A stretch of 64,000 nt of DNA from the human T2T-CHM13v2.0 reference genome, Homo sapiens, in NCBI RefSeq assembly GCF_009914755.1, contig NC_060933.1; one strand, written 5' to 3'. Position 1 is the first letter of the stretch. Each line of letters opens with the position of its first letter. The translations under genes and the position numbers were made by a program. The notes beneath the pieces were generated by a model, which was not told the DNA's origin, did no database searches, and saw only the letters and a list, made by a program, of their open reading frames with translations. Positions 46,004-60,288 of the stretch are shown in pieces.

Positions 46004-46735
46004 TTTTTTTTTTTTTATTTTCAACTTTTATTTTAAGTTCAAGGGTACCTGTGCAGGATGTGCATATTTGTTACATAGGTAAACAAGTACTATGGTGGTT
46101 TGCTGCACAGATCATCCCATTACCTAGGTATTAAGACCAGCATCCATTAGCTATTCTTCCTGATGCCCTCCCTCCTCCTGACCCCAGCCCTCTGACAGAC
46201 CCCAGTGTGTTGTTCCCCGTCAAGCGTCCATGTGTTCTCATCATTCAGCTCCCACTTGTAAGTAAGAACATGTGGTATTTGGTTTTCTGTTCCTGCATTA
46301 GTTTGCTGATGATAATGACTTTCAGCTCCATTCATGTCCCTGCAAAGCATATGATCCCTTTCCTCTTTATAACTGCATAGTATCTCATGGTGTATATGTA
46401 TCACCTGTTTTAATCTAGTCTATTATTGATGGGCATTTAGGTTGACTCCGTGCCTTTGCTATTGTGAATAGTGCTGCAGTGAACATATGCATGCATGTAT
46501 CTTCATAATAAAATGCTTTTTATTCCTTTGAGTATGTACCCAGTATTGGGATTGCTGGATCAAATGATATTTTTTGCCTCTAGGTCTTTGAGGAATTGCT
46601 AAACTTTCTTCCACAATGGTTGAACTAATTTACACTCCCACAATGTAAAAGCATCCTTTTTGTCCACAACCTCGCCAGCATCTGTTATTTTTTGACTTTT
46701 TAATAATTGCCATTCTGACTAGTGCGAGATGGTAG
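46004..46735 (-). mobile_element. 5'-truncated L1PA (L1PA11-13-like)
   Basis: Poly-T then caacttttattttaagttca..gtgcaggatgtgca; 13-bp TSD atgtatggattct / atctatggattct; ORF 46147-46404 is L1 3' end. Confidence 0.93.
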
Positions 46736-46849
46736 ATCTATGGATTCTCAGCTCTGGTTTATAGAAAGCTTACTCACTGACCTTATCCTCAATATCTCAA
46801 AGGGTAGCCTAAAACTTAAAAATAAAAGTATGAAGATATAAAATGAAGC

Positions 46850-47160
46850 AAATTCCTCCTCCGAGTCAGAGCTTATTCATTCTTCAAAGCCCAGTACATT
46901 TATTATTCCATTCATGAAACTTTTGCCCATGTCCATCTTTTAGCATGATTCAGTGCTTTCCGAGAGCAGTGTATTAGGTTATTGCCTTCCCTCTGGCTTG
47001 ATTTTTAAACTCCTTGAAGGCAGAGAGCCTGCCTTATGTTTTCTGATAAACCATTGAATAAGTGAATCAATTAAAGAATGAATGATTTATAAGTAGGAAA
47101 ATGAGTCAGAGGGAATAAACGAATGAATGAGTGAATGAATGCATGTATAAATGAATGACT
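46850..47160 (+). mobile_element. L2 3' end with (GAAT)n tail
   Basis: taaactccttgaaggcagag...gaatgaatgagtgaatgaatg. Confidence 0.7.
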
Positions 47161-47369
47161 TTTCTATGTTTATTAATCAATTACGTGTCTTTTTAGTCTT
47201 GATCTGGCCCTGTTGTGGATTTTACATATGTCTAAAAGTTTTGACCTTCAAATCCCAGATACTAGTTCTTGGCTTCAGCTTCCATATTAAATTCCTAATA
47301 CCTAAAAGGACCCAGCTCATTTTGGGGGCACCACTTGCTGATAAGCTGAGAGAATATAACTTAGTTTTT

Positions 47370-50070
47370 TCTTTATAATTTTTTGAATTAATTAAAAAAC
47401 TAAAGTACAAACTGCCTATGCCAAACAGAAAAAATTATTTAAACTACTCATGAGTCTAAAATGAAAAGTAAACATTTATCTTGTCTGTTTCCCTCCTGTA
47501 CCCCAATTTTATCCCTATGAAATTCAAGTTTCTGCTTTTAGATTTTTGGTGGCTACAATTAAAATTATAAATCATAGAATTTTATGTTTTTTTAACATAT
47601 CAACATTTTAAAGTATATTTTGACATCCTGCTACAGAAATTTGAGGTATTTGGTTATTGTTAGTATTGTACACCTTCCCTCCCCTTCTTTATCTCTTGAG
47701 ATTTTTATTGATATTCCAATGGTTAGCTTTATACCTTTACAAATTCTCCATTCTCTGATGACTTATATTTAGACATTATGTATAGAATTCCCACTATGTA
47801 GCACATTTATGTTTATTTCTGCATCTCCCCTTTGTTCTAGATTTTTGTTGCGCTTATTTTTATGTTGTCAAGTTTTAAAATATTTACGTTCTGTTGTCAC
47901 TACAATTGTTTTTGGTAATGCTTTATCCATGGGTTAAATTGGATTGCAATTATTAACCAAGAAAAAGTAGTATCTATAGAACTTATCCATGTGAAGAGAT
48001 TGGATCCAAAGAGAAGGGAATGTTGTCCCAAATAACTCAAAAGATCCTAAGCCACAGAAACCAGAGTTTTCTCTCTTCATTTCTTTGAAGCTTGCTTTTT
48101 TTCTGGGTCATGCTCAGATTCTATTTTTTTTTCAAATATTTATCTCATTTTTCTTGTCATATTCCAATTTTGTTTCACTGGAGCCCTTCATCAGAACTTT
48201 AAAAAATATGAAACATAAGGGAGCAACATTTAATAATCTTTGAATATCTAAAACTGTCTTTATTTTTACTTCACTTTTGATTGACAGTTTGGCTAAGTAT
48301 ATATTTCTAATTTCAAACATCTTCCTCAGAACTTTGAAGGAATTGCTCCCTTATTGCTGTTGAGAAGTATGCTATCATTCTGATATTGTTACTCTGTAAG
48401 AACCTCCCTTCTTTATGATAATTTTTAGGATTTTTGAAATTTCACCAAGATTTGTTCAGATATGTGTTGTTTCTGTTCACACATTAACTTGGTAGGTCTT
48501 TTCATTATTATTATGTATTTGTTTTAGAGACAGGGTCTTGTTCTATTGCCCAGGCTGGAGTGCAGTGGTATGATCATAGTTCACTGCAACCTTGAATTCC
48601 TGGTCTCATGGGATCCTTCTGCCTTAGTCTGTCCAGCAGCTGGGACTACAGGCATACACCATCGTGTCAGGCTGAGTTTTAAAAAATTTTTGGAGACAGG
48701 GTCTTGCTATGTTGCTCAGGCTGGTCTCAAACTCCTGGCCTCAAGCAATCATCCTGCTTCAGACTCTGAAAGTATTGGAATTGCAGGGGTGAGGTAGTTC
48801 ATCCAGCTGGTCTTTTCATTCTTACGAATTATCTCTTTCTTTACCCCTGGGATTCCCACCCACCTTTATTCCTTTGATTATTTTTCCCCCTCTATTGTTG
48901 CAATTTTCTGCTTCTAGGAGTCAGATATATGTTGCCTTACTAGCTCTATCTTCCACAAGCTCATATTTTCTATCTCTTTTCATTTTTGCTCTTTTTCATG
49001 AGAAATTTTCTCTATTTATCCAGTCTTCAACCTTATTTGTTGTGATTATCTATTCCATACATTGAATTTTTTAACGTTCAGTAATCATATTTTTAATTTG
49101 CCAACATTTGTTCATATACTCTGATTACTCTTATTTCATGGAAGCTTTTATAATCTATTGATTTTTTATGTGTGTCCAACACCCACTCACATATCTCTAA
49201 AGACACATCTGAAAACATTTAATAATTATTTTCACTTTTCTGAATCATTTTTATTTCTTCTGATGTCATATTGAGTTCATCTTGTTTTAATGTAAATTGA
49301 TTTCCTCAAATGTCTTGTGATCCTGATTATAGATGAAGGAGTGGTTTGATTCATATAAGTAACTTCCATGGGATTTTCTCTGCAGTTTTTAGAAGTCTGT
49401 TTTCTCAATAGGCTTCTCTTTCAATTGGGAGGTCTTACTTAGGGCTCCAAAAAGGTGAACAGATGGGGAGATTCTCAGGTAGGGTTCATAAACAAAGAAG
49501 AAGCATGTAGATTGGCAAACTTATCACAATCTCCAAAGTAATAGAAATTTACTCTGGAGTTAGAAAACTTTAGTTTATTTTACTCCTAAATGGAGCTGAC
49601 TTCTCCTGTCTCCCATCCATCTGGTCTAATGTGGAAGTGTATAGTCATCTATTCAAACTCTTTCAGGCCCTATCTCCTGTACTAACTCCCTTTCCAGTTA
49701 CAGTTCTAATATTCCTAGAGAGAAGTTGTCATGCTTTATCCTGAGGGCATAAAATGCTGCTGCCATTCTCATAGGCTCTGTACGCCTGAGGAAACAGCAA
49801 AGGTCTGATTAAGACTCACACTCCTATTGTAATTGTGTAGTTTATTATCCTGATAATGAGTCCTCTACCCATTCGGGCTCTGTCATATGCTTGGGAAGGA
49901 CTGCTTTGTTTATTTTTAAGCTATGGTTTTCCCAACTCTTATTCTTCATTGAACTTGTCCTAGCTGCTTTATATTTTACAGGATTTCTTCAATATTTCTT
50001 GTGACAGCTGGCTTCCTTTATATTTGGTTTCATAAAAAGTTTTTTTTCTATCATATCAATATATCAACAT
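47370..50070 (-). mobile_element. Ancient L1M/HAL1-like fragments (ORF1 and 5' region)
   Basis: ttgacagtttggctaagtata...cctcagaactttgaaggaattgctcc..ttgctgttgagaag; ORF1 C-terminal-like 48132-48320. Confidence 0.55.
48507..48808 (-). mobile_element. AluJ
   Basis: gagacagggtcttg in both arms; 12-bp TSD ggtcttttcatt (48495-48506 / 48809-48820). Confidence 0.93.
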
Positions 50071-51814
50071 GACCTCAGTAAATGGGGAGGTGATGCATGT
50101 GCTGGGTCTTTCAGTTGGAAATGCAAGACAGAATACAATTTTTGAGAAAATGTGTATAGAGTTGGTGGAACGCTTGATGAACTTAAAAATGTTCCTGTTT
50201 CATTTAAATGACGTCTTCCCTTTGACCAAACATACAAATTCTTCATTTCATTGTAGACCTGGCCTCCTTTGCCTTCTACCTCAAAGGCCCAGATGCCTTT
50301 ACACTTTCTCTCTGAAATTTCTTTTGACTTCTTTAGCTCAGCTAGAGTCTTTCTGGAACTCCAGAAGCACTTCAAGTCAGGGTCAGAGAGGTGAATGCAC
50401 AAGACATTTTCATAGGTTTTTCCTGTTTGTTTTCTACCCCTAAACTGGTGATAAAATGCTTCAGGACTGACCCATATATCTTTTTTCTTGTGTATTTGTG
50501 TAAGAAAGTGTGTGTTTTGGAAATAGAGTGGGGTTTAGAGGGTAAAAGGATGTGGTCCGCTAGCCCCACAGAGCATGGTTACTAAATACTTGTCGATAAA
50601 TTAAAAAACAATGAAAATTCATTCTCAAAGGAGCTTGACTATATACTGTTTCTTTTCCATAACCTTATTTAGGAATGTGCTAGAAATGTGCTGCTGAAAC
50701 CTTGATAGAAACAAAATTTTTTAGTCTCCACAATTTTTAAAAAAACATTTTAAAATAGCCCATTAGTGCCTGAGGGGTTTAGGTTTGTAATACATAATTA
50801 GGCATTTTCCCCCGCAAGTCTGAAATCACATATTCTTGGGAATCCGACATCCCTGTAATCTTACTCTTTTCTTCTTTGCACAAGGAAGGTTGAAATATTA
50901 ATTGCTGCATCAGCCACTTTAAGATTTAATATATATATTTTTTCCCCATTCTGGAGACTATGTACCTCCTATGTGACTTCTGTCTATTCTCACAGCTGTC
51001 TGAGAGATAAGCAACTCTATGTCTGTGGAAGTAATCTATAAATCATATTCAAATTCATGTGTCCAAATGATCCTTTCTTTAATCTCTAAAATAACTCTAC
51101 TGGAGACTTGCTAGTGAACTTCAATTGAAAACATTGTGTTTTCCACCTACTCATATTCCTGTCAAATATGTTAGTGTCAGAAAAAGAATAGAACTGGTGA
51201 AATAGGCCTTCAAACTCTGCTGGCTAGAGAGACTGCATGGGTAGAATAGGGCACCTGGTTCAAATCAGTAAACCTTGGCTTTTGAAAGCAAGCTAGAAAA
51301 ATGAGGATGAAGTAACTTGGTTGCTGCTAGAAGAGACATCTCTTGTGAATTGTTTTTGTCAAGCCATTGCTCCCAAAGAGAAAATGTCTTGATTATAATA
51401 ATCATTTAATATTCTTAAAATATGCCAAAAAGAGGTATAGAGGTGAGTTACCATGTGAGTATCAGAAGGTACCCATGGCTTACAGTTTGGCTCAGTGGCA
51501 CTTCAAGTTCTGCGTCATCTGAGCCATTCTACCAACTTAACCTTCTCTCCAACCTCTAGTCCTAGTGGGTTGGAGTTATTCCCATTCCCTGCATATGCCA
51601 TGTTCTACATATTCACATTTCCATGCCTTTCCTCCTGCCATTTCTCTGTCTGGAATACCTGTATTTATTCTTCCTTCATCTTCAAACCTTTTCTAATGAG
51701 CAAGTAATCTCTCTAAGACATTCCTCAAAATCAAAGAACTAAATGATTTCTTACTAAAATTCCAATTTATTCCTAATAGTCTATCAGCTGGATAGGATAT
51801 AGAGAAATATTTAT

Positions 51815-52020
51815 AATTAACATTTATTCAATGCCCACTATATGCCAGACATTAGACTAGGTCATATGTTTGGAACATTATTCAAGTCAACTATCATACC
51901 TTGCACAATTTCTAATTTGTAGAAAAAGAAACAGAAGTTATCCACCTAGTAACTGGAAAAAGTATTATTTGAACTCATGTCTATCTGACTTCAAATTCCA
52001 TGTACTTTTCCCCATACCAT
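51815..52020 (-). mobile_element. MIR
   Basis: taacatttattcaatgcccactatatgccagac...tttgaactcatgtctatctgacttcaaa. Confidence 0.7.
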
Positions 52021-52079
52021 GATGTTCATGCCAATAGATTCACAATCTAGTTTTGGTGTGAGATAGAGACAGAGATATA

Positions 52080-52850
52080 TAGAATCATACACCACTATAA
52101 TCTCAAAGTTGGGAAGATTTTTTGACATCATATAGTTCAGCCCTCTTTTGGATACTGAATATTTTGTATATCATAAAAATGAAAAAATAATTTATATCAG
52201 AAAAGCTTCAGCAACAGGAATTCCATACTTGTCATGTTGGATGAATGGACGTGGGTGAAACTTTAAATTTGTCTCTGTTGAATGCCATATTGACAGCTTT
52301 GTCTCTTTCACCAGCCAATTCAGAAAATTTTGTAACTTTATTTGGTCATTCAATATTATCATTTTCCCTCCAGGTTGTATATTTTTCCCAGAGTGCCATA
52401 AATATTACCATTCTGCCATTGACAAAAATATTCTTGAAATAGACTCATGAGCATACCACTAGAGCTCTCCTAGCTGGTTGACAACAGTGCAATGATTGGC
52501 ATCCTTTGGGCATCCTTTCTAGATAATCATTTGATTATCTAGATCAGCAAAGGTACTTTTGCTCTTAGATTTTTGGGAAGGAGAGACTTTGTTACATACT
52601 TTGGTGAAATGCAGAGCATTGCATGTATTCTATTTTCCTATTATACCTTTCTAAAACCCCTGCACAGGAAGGAATTAAGCTAGTCTTGTGTGACTTGTCC
52701 TTGATGAGCTCAGGTTGGCATCATAGCATCTTTTCATTTCTTTCCAATTCTGCATAAGCTGCCTATTTGCTAATCGGTTCTAGACTTTGTGTAAAAAATG
52801 ATACAGATGACTTATGACATTCAAATTCTTGCAATTTTGAAAAAATAGGA
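52080..52850 (-). mobile_element. L3/CR1 LINE fragment
   Basis: atagaatcata...; actttaaatttgtctctgttgaat; cataccactagag; ggaattaagctagtcttgtgtgacttgtccttgatgagc (antisense CR1 RT). Confidence 0.6.
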
Positions 52851-52899
52851 CATTGAAAAAACAAGAAACAGTGACTTGGTCACAAATAGTCCATAATAA

Positions 52900-53520
52900 A
52901 GCACAATGTTGATTGACACAGCACTTGTGGGAGAATAGCAGGGCACAGGGCAATCAAGAAAGTCTTCTTGGAAGAGGTAAACTTTGGAGGATGCCTAGAA
53001 TTGAGTTAGGAAGTGAGAAGATTACAGAGAATTCCAAATGATGGAAACAGGATGAGCAAAGATATAGAAGTTTCAGATATGAATGAGTTTGATGTGTTTG
53101 TGGGTCCAGACATTGTTGGTGTGGCTGGAATAGTGAGTACTTGCTGAAAAATATTGTGAATACAGCAGGATAGGCAGGGTGGATCTTGCTTGTGGGATGG
53201 CCAGAGAATGCTGGCTTTGAATACCATGGTAGGATAAAAAGCACTGAAGGTTTTTGAGCAGAGGAGTGACCTGGCAAAGAGTAGCATGACAGTGGATGCT
53301 GCTAGCAGCTGTGTGCAGGATTGCACCGTGTGGAGAAGCTGCTGGAACCCAGGGGGTTTAATTGGAATGGACACAGTGATCCCAGCATGAGGGTGGAAGA
53401 GTCTTGCCTTGTGTAGGGATATTGGAACTGAATAGGAATGAATACAAGAGCCACTTCAATGAAAAAGAGGCCAGACTGGATGGTTGACTAACTCTTGGTG
53501 ATGGAATTATTGAATGAGGG
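52900..53520 (-). mobile_element. L2 fragment
   Basis: caagaaagtcttcttggaagaggtaa...gcactgaaggtttttgagcagaggagtgac. Confidence 0.75.
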
Positions 53521-55618
53521 AATATGAGGAATGAAGGGTAGTGATGAGATCACCTTCATTCTTCACCATGAATATAACTCTTCTTGTCTTGGTGTTTGGG
53601 AAGATTCTGTTGTCATAAATAGAAACTCTGTAAGGGGTTGGAGTGGGCACATATACTTTGGTTGCAAAACTGGGTTAATTGGAAATAAAATCCTATACAG
53701 AAATGTTACTTTCAGAGGCCTTCTAAATACCCCTCTACCAAAACTTACATTTGGAGGTGAATGCATTGTAAGTATCTCTTTAAATATATATGTAGGAGCA
53801 GCAAAATAACCTCCCACCTCAGCTCTTTAGAGGAAATAAGAGGCTCTGTAACTATTGAGGAAAAATACATTCACCTTTAAATTATATTGTTTTAGAGGTT
53901 AAAAGTATATAATTTCCCAAGGAACACATCGCGATTCAGCCTGCTGGGAGGCTATTGCTCAATTACTCTCAGCAGTGGCGAAGGTGCCTACAATTCTTTC
54001 AGCTCTGTTTAAGCTGGTGGGAACAGAGGTTGTCCAGGCTGCAGGCTGACAGGGCATATTTGGGCCTAACAGGGTATGTGGTTCTGTCCCTTGGGCCATA
54101 GTCCCTCTGCTGATATGCCAGAAGCCTGCCTAATCACAGGTTGCCTGCACAGGTGGCCCTGGCCTCTGTGCCCCAGGCCTGTTAGTTAATTTCTCTGGCT
54201 GGTATGTCTCTGAGCACGTTCGTGTACCAGGCTCCATCCCCAGGGTATGACCAAGTGGAAAGATCCATGTAGTTTCTCGTCTCTGTGAAAAGAGGTCATA
54301 TCTGGGATTAGCTGATTGAAGGGGCCCTGGTGGCTGCTGGGATGACCCTGCCCTTGCAGGTGTGGACTCTGTCACCTTCAAGCTGCAAAGGCCTTGGTGA
54401 ACAAGATGAGCTGTAGAGTGGCTCAGCAGGCTCCGGGCTTGTGGCCTGAGAATGCATCTTATTAGAGATACAGCTACTTGTTACTGGGCATCGTGAGGGG
54501 CTGTGGCCATCTTAAATTTTCGTTACTTTAATAATTTAGAATCTGATGTTGTCAGAGGCTTCCAGTGTGACACAAGGGGGTCATCCCCTGTTTGCATGTA
54601 CACACCAACGTGTAGATCATCAATATAGACAATGTGCTTTTCTGTATTTTTCCTATGTGCACCATGTCTTGATGTTCTGGTAATTTTAAAAAATAGAATT
54701 ATTGAAACTCACTGAACAGGATTTTAGGGGTATCTTTCTTGCTACTACACTTCCTTAATTTTTTCAATTTGAATGTGACTTGGCATAAGCAGAAGCAGTG
54801 CTTGACTTAGGCAAAGGGTGGTGGAGAGAATTAATTGGTAGCTTCAAAAAGTAGTAGAGAGAAGAAATCACCCAGTAGTAGAGAGAAAGCAGGGGTGGTG
54901 CAGGAGCCTGGGGAGCTCCCATCCCCTCACCTCCTTCCTTTCAGGCCATCCATCCCTCCCACCAGCAAGCCTTGAAAGATTGTTTGTTAAGGCTCTGGAG
55001 AAATAAGCAACCAAAACAAATCCACTGCAATCAATTCTCAGGTTGATTCTGGTCTGCAGTTTTAGATTTTGGGAAATGATCACTGGCTCAGGTTAGAGAT
55101 TTATAAACAGGCCCCAATGTCAGTCAAAGGCAGGCAGAGCATCAAGAAAGGAAAATGCTAGAATCTTTGACTCATCAAAGAGAATCGGTAGCTTTTCCAG
55201 CTCTCCTCTCTCTTTCTCAGCATCTCTGTTGGTAACAAGGAGAGTTTGGAAATTGTTTTTTAGCAAGTGCATTTGAGGGCAGGTTGAAGGGAAGTGACAC
55301 ATTGACAGGTGACTGTGGGAACAAACCTGGAAAATGATGGTTAAAAAAAAGGAGCTGCTGAAAAAGAGGGCCTCCCAAAATCCCTTCAATGTTTAATTGC
55401 AGGTGTGCAGCTGACCCGTGTACACTGGAAACTTCAAGGGAAGTGGCAGCATATCTTCTTCCCTTTGAAAACACAACAGATCTTAAAACAGCCTAATGAT
55501 AGAAGCAGCAGCCCCAGCCCCAATTATTTAGGACTGGCTTTGATGGTATTTCCTGTGTGCACTCCATCTGCAGTTTGGTTTATGCAGCTCCATCCTCTAC
55601 CTTTGTGCAGGCTTCCTA

Positions 55619-55672
55619 CATCATCACCATCATCATCAACATCATCATCATCATCAACATCATCATCATCAT
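55619..55672. repeat. (CAT)n imperfect trinucleotide repeat (tail of the adjacent MIR)
   Basis: catcatcaccatcatcatcaacatcatc... Confidence 0.9.
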
Positions 55673-55684
55673 CTTTGTCATAAT

Positions 55685-55905
55685 AGCAAGTAACATGTAA
55701 TGATGTTTATGCTGTGCCAGGTGCTATACTCAGGGATTGTTTTTCTCCATGAAGTAAACCTATGGGGCATTTATTGTTGTTATTTCCCATTTTATAAAAG
55801 GGGGAATCTGAGGCTTATGGTATTAAGTGCTTTGTTCAAGTCACACATCTAGTAAGTGATTGAGTCAGGGTTCAATTCAGGAAGGCTGCCTCCAGAGCCT
55901 CTATG
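55685..55905 (-). mobile_element. MIR
   Basis: cccattttataaaa...ctgaggct...tgttcaagtcacacatctagtaagtg. Confidence 0.75.
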
Positions 55906-56344
55906 CTGTAAATGAACAGATGGGTGGCTGAATGGATGGTTAGATAAGCAAATGAATGGATGATTTTCGGTAGGCTCTCAAGCAGTGTTCTCTTTGCCCT
56001 GGCTTACAAATTCATAAAACCCAGGGGAGTGGGCTGTGGCATCCCTCTGCAGTCCTCACCAGTGGTAGGCATTTGCTTCCTATTTGGGGTGTGTGTCCCT
56101 TGCTCAGATGCTCAGCTTTCCTGGGGCAGGTTGCTGATGCCTCTGGTGAGCCCCATAACAGCGCTTTATGGTAGCACTGGGCAGGGTATCTCTGAGAGTT
56201 CCCAGGAACCCCAGGGGAGAGGAGCATCTTCAACCTCATGTACCTTAGGTCTCCTAGTGGTGCTTAATTCAGAGGTACCAGGTCAAGTACCCCTCTCCAT
56301 GGGTGGAAATAGGGAAGAAGGGGAGGCAAGTTCTCAGTGCATTA

Positions 56345-56870
56345 GTATTAATTGTTTCCATTTACAAAGAGACTAGTATGTGCCCGGCAGCATGCTAGGT
56401 TGCTATGAGCATGGTCTCATTTACTTACTGTAACCCAATAAAGTACCCACTTTATTACTATTTAATTAATGAGGAAGCTAAGACCCAGAGTTAGTTAATT
56501 AAGATATTAATAACACATAACAGCAGCAAATAAGTTTTGAGCACTTATTATGTTCCATGCTGGGGATTTTTCATACATCCTTTCATGTAATGCTCCTAGT
56601 GGCCCTCTGACATCCATTTGATTATTTCTCCCAATTTTACAGGGAGGCTAACTTGCTCCACGTTGTTTAGTGTGCACACTGAATGTGTGTTCATTTCACA
56701 CACAAAAAATGACTTAAGATGTGGCACCTGCCCTCTTGGAGCTCACAATTCAGATGGGGAGAGGAAACTCTTTTATATGGAATAATTCAGGCTGTGTTTA
56801 CAGATGGGTGTAAGAGTGAGCTGAGGCCCAGGGTGGTTTCAAGGAAATATTTCTCTCTAGGAGAAGGAAC
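56345..56870 (-). mobile_element. Cluster of MIR and L2 fragments
   Basis: gaggaagctaagacccagag; cccaattttacagggagg; cctgccctcttggagctcacaattcagatgggga. Confidence 0.55.
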
Positions 56871-57899
56871 GGGGAGGAACCTATGGAGATTGTTAGTGAA
56901 ATACCTCATTTCAATTATGTTGGAGGGGTTGCAGCAAGACATAGGGCCTCACAGTTGGAGGTCGTCAACATTTGTAAGACATTTCCCTTCTGAGGGGGGC
57001 AGTTGTATACATCAGTCTAGAATGGCTGAAATTGGCTATCTTCTTAAGAAAAGAGCTGGAGGGATGGTCCTTAGATATATCACTTAATGAACATTAAATA
57101 TGTTCACATTGAATTAAGAAGAGCAGTGTGTGTTCTCAGGTGTGTTGAGAATTCACTCTTCACTCACCTGTCTAGTTGGAATAAATCGTTCATGGGGCTT
57201 TGGCTACAACCTGAAGAACTCACTTCTAGGATTCTCTGGGTGTGGAGTTAATGTCATCCAGACACCTATTTCTGCCTTATTTGAAGACACTGGGATCCGA
57301 ATGAGGCAGAGCACTCTTCAGAGAGGGGATTTTTACCATTGTACATCTGTTTCCACTGCCTGCAGTGGTCAAATCTCCCCATTCCCTACCAAGCCAGAGG
57401 GGTCATGGAGCTCTGGGCTCAGATATAGTACCCTGGGAAATAGCCCACCCACATGTGGATGTGATAAGAGAGGCAGCATCTGGCGCAGAAACTGAAATCC
57501 AGGTTTGGAAACCATCCAATGGGTCACTCACCTGAAGGGGCTGCCAAGAGAAGTTGAATTCCCAGTGAAAACAGGAGCAATGGGAAGAAAGTGAAGCATT
57601 AGAGCAGGATATTAGAGATGGACATGGAGGACTTCCTGGATTCAGAGAAGGCGGCTGCAGGGATTTTCTAAGGCTCATTTGGCCTTGGGTTTGGACAAGG
57701 AGAGATCATAGGACATCAATTTTTCCTAGAATGAAATGTTCCCTAAAGCCTTCACTCACTTGGAAAACTCTTACGCATATTGTTCTCTCTCATTCACTTT
57801 GAGCAATTCGGTTTTGGGACAATGCAGTCTTATTTGCTGTACTTCCATCCAGCTCAAGGCATGTTTATTGACCCCATTATAAATTTAAAAATATAGTTA

Positions 57900-57958
57900 T
57901 TTTGTTCTGCCCAATTTTGCTGTGAACCTAAAACTACTTTAAAAAATAGTCTATTTTT
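57900..57958 (+). mobile_element. Short L1MC 3' terminal fragment
   Basis: ttctgcccaattttgctgtgaacctaaaactactttaaaaaatagtctattt. Confidence 0.7.
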
Positions 57959-59351
57959 CAAAAAGATCATTTAAAAAATGAGATTAGTTCGAATATCAGC
58001 TCTTACAAGCTCAGAGTGCATGGGCAAAATCATATTTTGGAGCCTGGAAAGCTGAGTGGACCCACTGAATCCCCTTAGGCCCTGGCCCCCGTGAAGTCCA
58101 GCTGATGTCATCAGTCTCACTCTTCAACATCCCCGTTCTTTAAATTCAATGGGATTTGAGGCTGCTTCTGTCTCCTCTGCCGGTGGAATGTGCAGATGGC
58201 ACTGGCAGCTGCTCAAGCTGGTGCTCCTCCTCAATGCTTCTTGTTCCTCTGCTGGTGGACACTGCCGGTTGGGCCTCGTGCTGGCAGAGGCTGGAGAGCC
58301 CAGGAGGAGGGCAGCTGGGGAATCTGACTTTTATGGCTGAAATGAAAACTCCCCTGGGTGGCCTGGAGGAAGTGTTCTGACCCTCTCTGAATTACCCGCA
58401 CTGAGATGGCCGTGGCACTTCTGACTCCACAGAAAAGCTTGAAGGTCCAATTTCCATCTTCAGGAGGGAAACATCTCCTGCTTCTGCCTTCAGACAGCCT
58501 TTCTCTGTGCTTCTTTGTGAGCCATTTCTGAGAACCGCCTGCATTCTGTTGCTAGTGGTGAATTGATTGAGAAGATCCTTTGTTGATAGTCCAGCTTCAA
58601 AAGCATGCAGGCTGCTGTTTGTCTTCTTTCTTCCTTCCAACGGAGGATATGCTCCTACAGAGGAGTGGGGAAAAACAAAAATGCCCTTTTTATTTACTTA
58701 TAACTTCACTAAGCTTTTTGTAAAGGGGCCATAGTATCACTATTTTGTGGGTAAGTTGTATGATTTCCATACGTTTTAATTCTGTTAAATGGGGAGGGAG
58801 TAAATCAAACCATTTTGTCTGTGAAGAGTAAATTATGTTGTCAATGCTTATAGTTTTCTTTTCTTCAGATATTTATTTATTTGCATTTCAGCAAACATTC
58901 ATTGAGTGCTTAATATGCGTTAAATGTAGATAAAATGAGATCCACAATTTTGAGGATCTTGTAGGCAGCTGGAGGGGAAACAGGTGAACAAACAACAGTA
59001 GTTTCTAGGGGAACTGGAGCAGCAAATCCTCTGATACTGACTATATATGAGGTCATATTCCCGTAAGGGCACTATGCAGGTCTAAATTGCCTTTATATGC
59101 CCCAAAACATCTTAGGTGCATCATGCATTTAGAAGGTATTAAACCAACATTTATTGAATGGATAACTAAATGAATGAATTGAATTTTGAATTCTATAATT
59201 CCCATATTCTTGCACGCTTTTTGTCTAACATAAGGATTACATTTTCTTGTGAGCTCCTTGGCTAACTTAAATGCTCCTCCCCGCCACCCCTCCGAAAAAA
59301 AGGATGTTCAACTTGATACTGGTTGGAGTTTTAAAGAAAGCATGTAGTCAG

Positions 59352-59611
<260 letters not shown>

Positions 59612-59760
59612 TCAGATGTGGATCTTGCTTACCAAAGCTGGGGAGAGTAGCATTTACCTTGGGGAATTTTCTATGGTTTAGGGGCTGGATTTGGAGGATT
59701 CAGAAACTTAATACTTAGCCAATAACTCATCCAGAGGAAACACCCAAAGTGGAAGCCAGA

Positions 59761-60288
59761 TGGGGCAAATGGATTGCAAAAATGGCCCCAATTCTTGGCT
59801 CCCCAATTTCCCACCCTTAGCAATGTGACTCTGTACCTGCTCCTATCAAGGGATGGAGCCTATTTCCCCACTCCTTGAATTTGGGTTATCCTGTGGTTTG
59901 CTTTGGCAAATTGAATGAAGTGGAACTGATGGTGTTCCAGTTCAAACCTAGGCCTCAAGAGACTGCTCACGCCTCCACTCTCAGATTCTTGCCACTGTCA
60001 TGTGAACAAGACCAAACCAGCTTTCTAGAGGATGAGTCACCCCTGCTCCCACAGTCACCAGCCAGCCAGCTGCCAGAAGCCAGCCAATCTCTAGGCAGCT
60101 AGCCCTCAGCTGATCTACCGGGAGACTGCAGACCACCTGAGTGATCCCAGCCAATATCTGCCAAGGTTGGCCCAGATCAGTAGCACACCCAGCTGACCTA
60201 CAGACTTGTGTGCAGTAATATGTGCATCTTGTTTTAGGCCACCAAGCTTTGAGATAGTTTATTATGTAACTATAACCAACTTGTATAC
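59761..60288 (+). mobile_element. MLT1F/G/H-like solo LTR
   Basis: gattgcaaaaatggcccc...tcctatcaagggatggagcctatttccccactccttgaat...cctaggcctcaagag...ttgttttaggccac. Confidence 0.8.

Noticed and set aside
51441-51461. Strong donor-like gag|gtgagt and cat|gtgagt
   Set aside because: No convincing paired acceptor at exon distance; isolated donor matches are common.
55405-55683. ORF ending in poly-Ser
   Set aside because: The Ser run is the (CAT)n tail next to a MIR.
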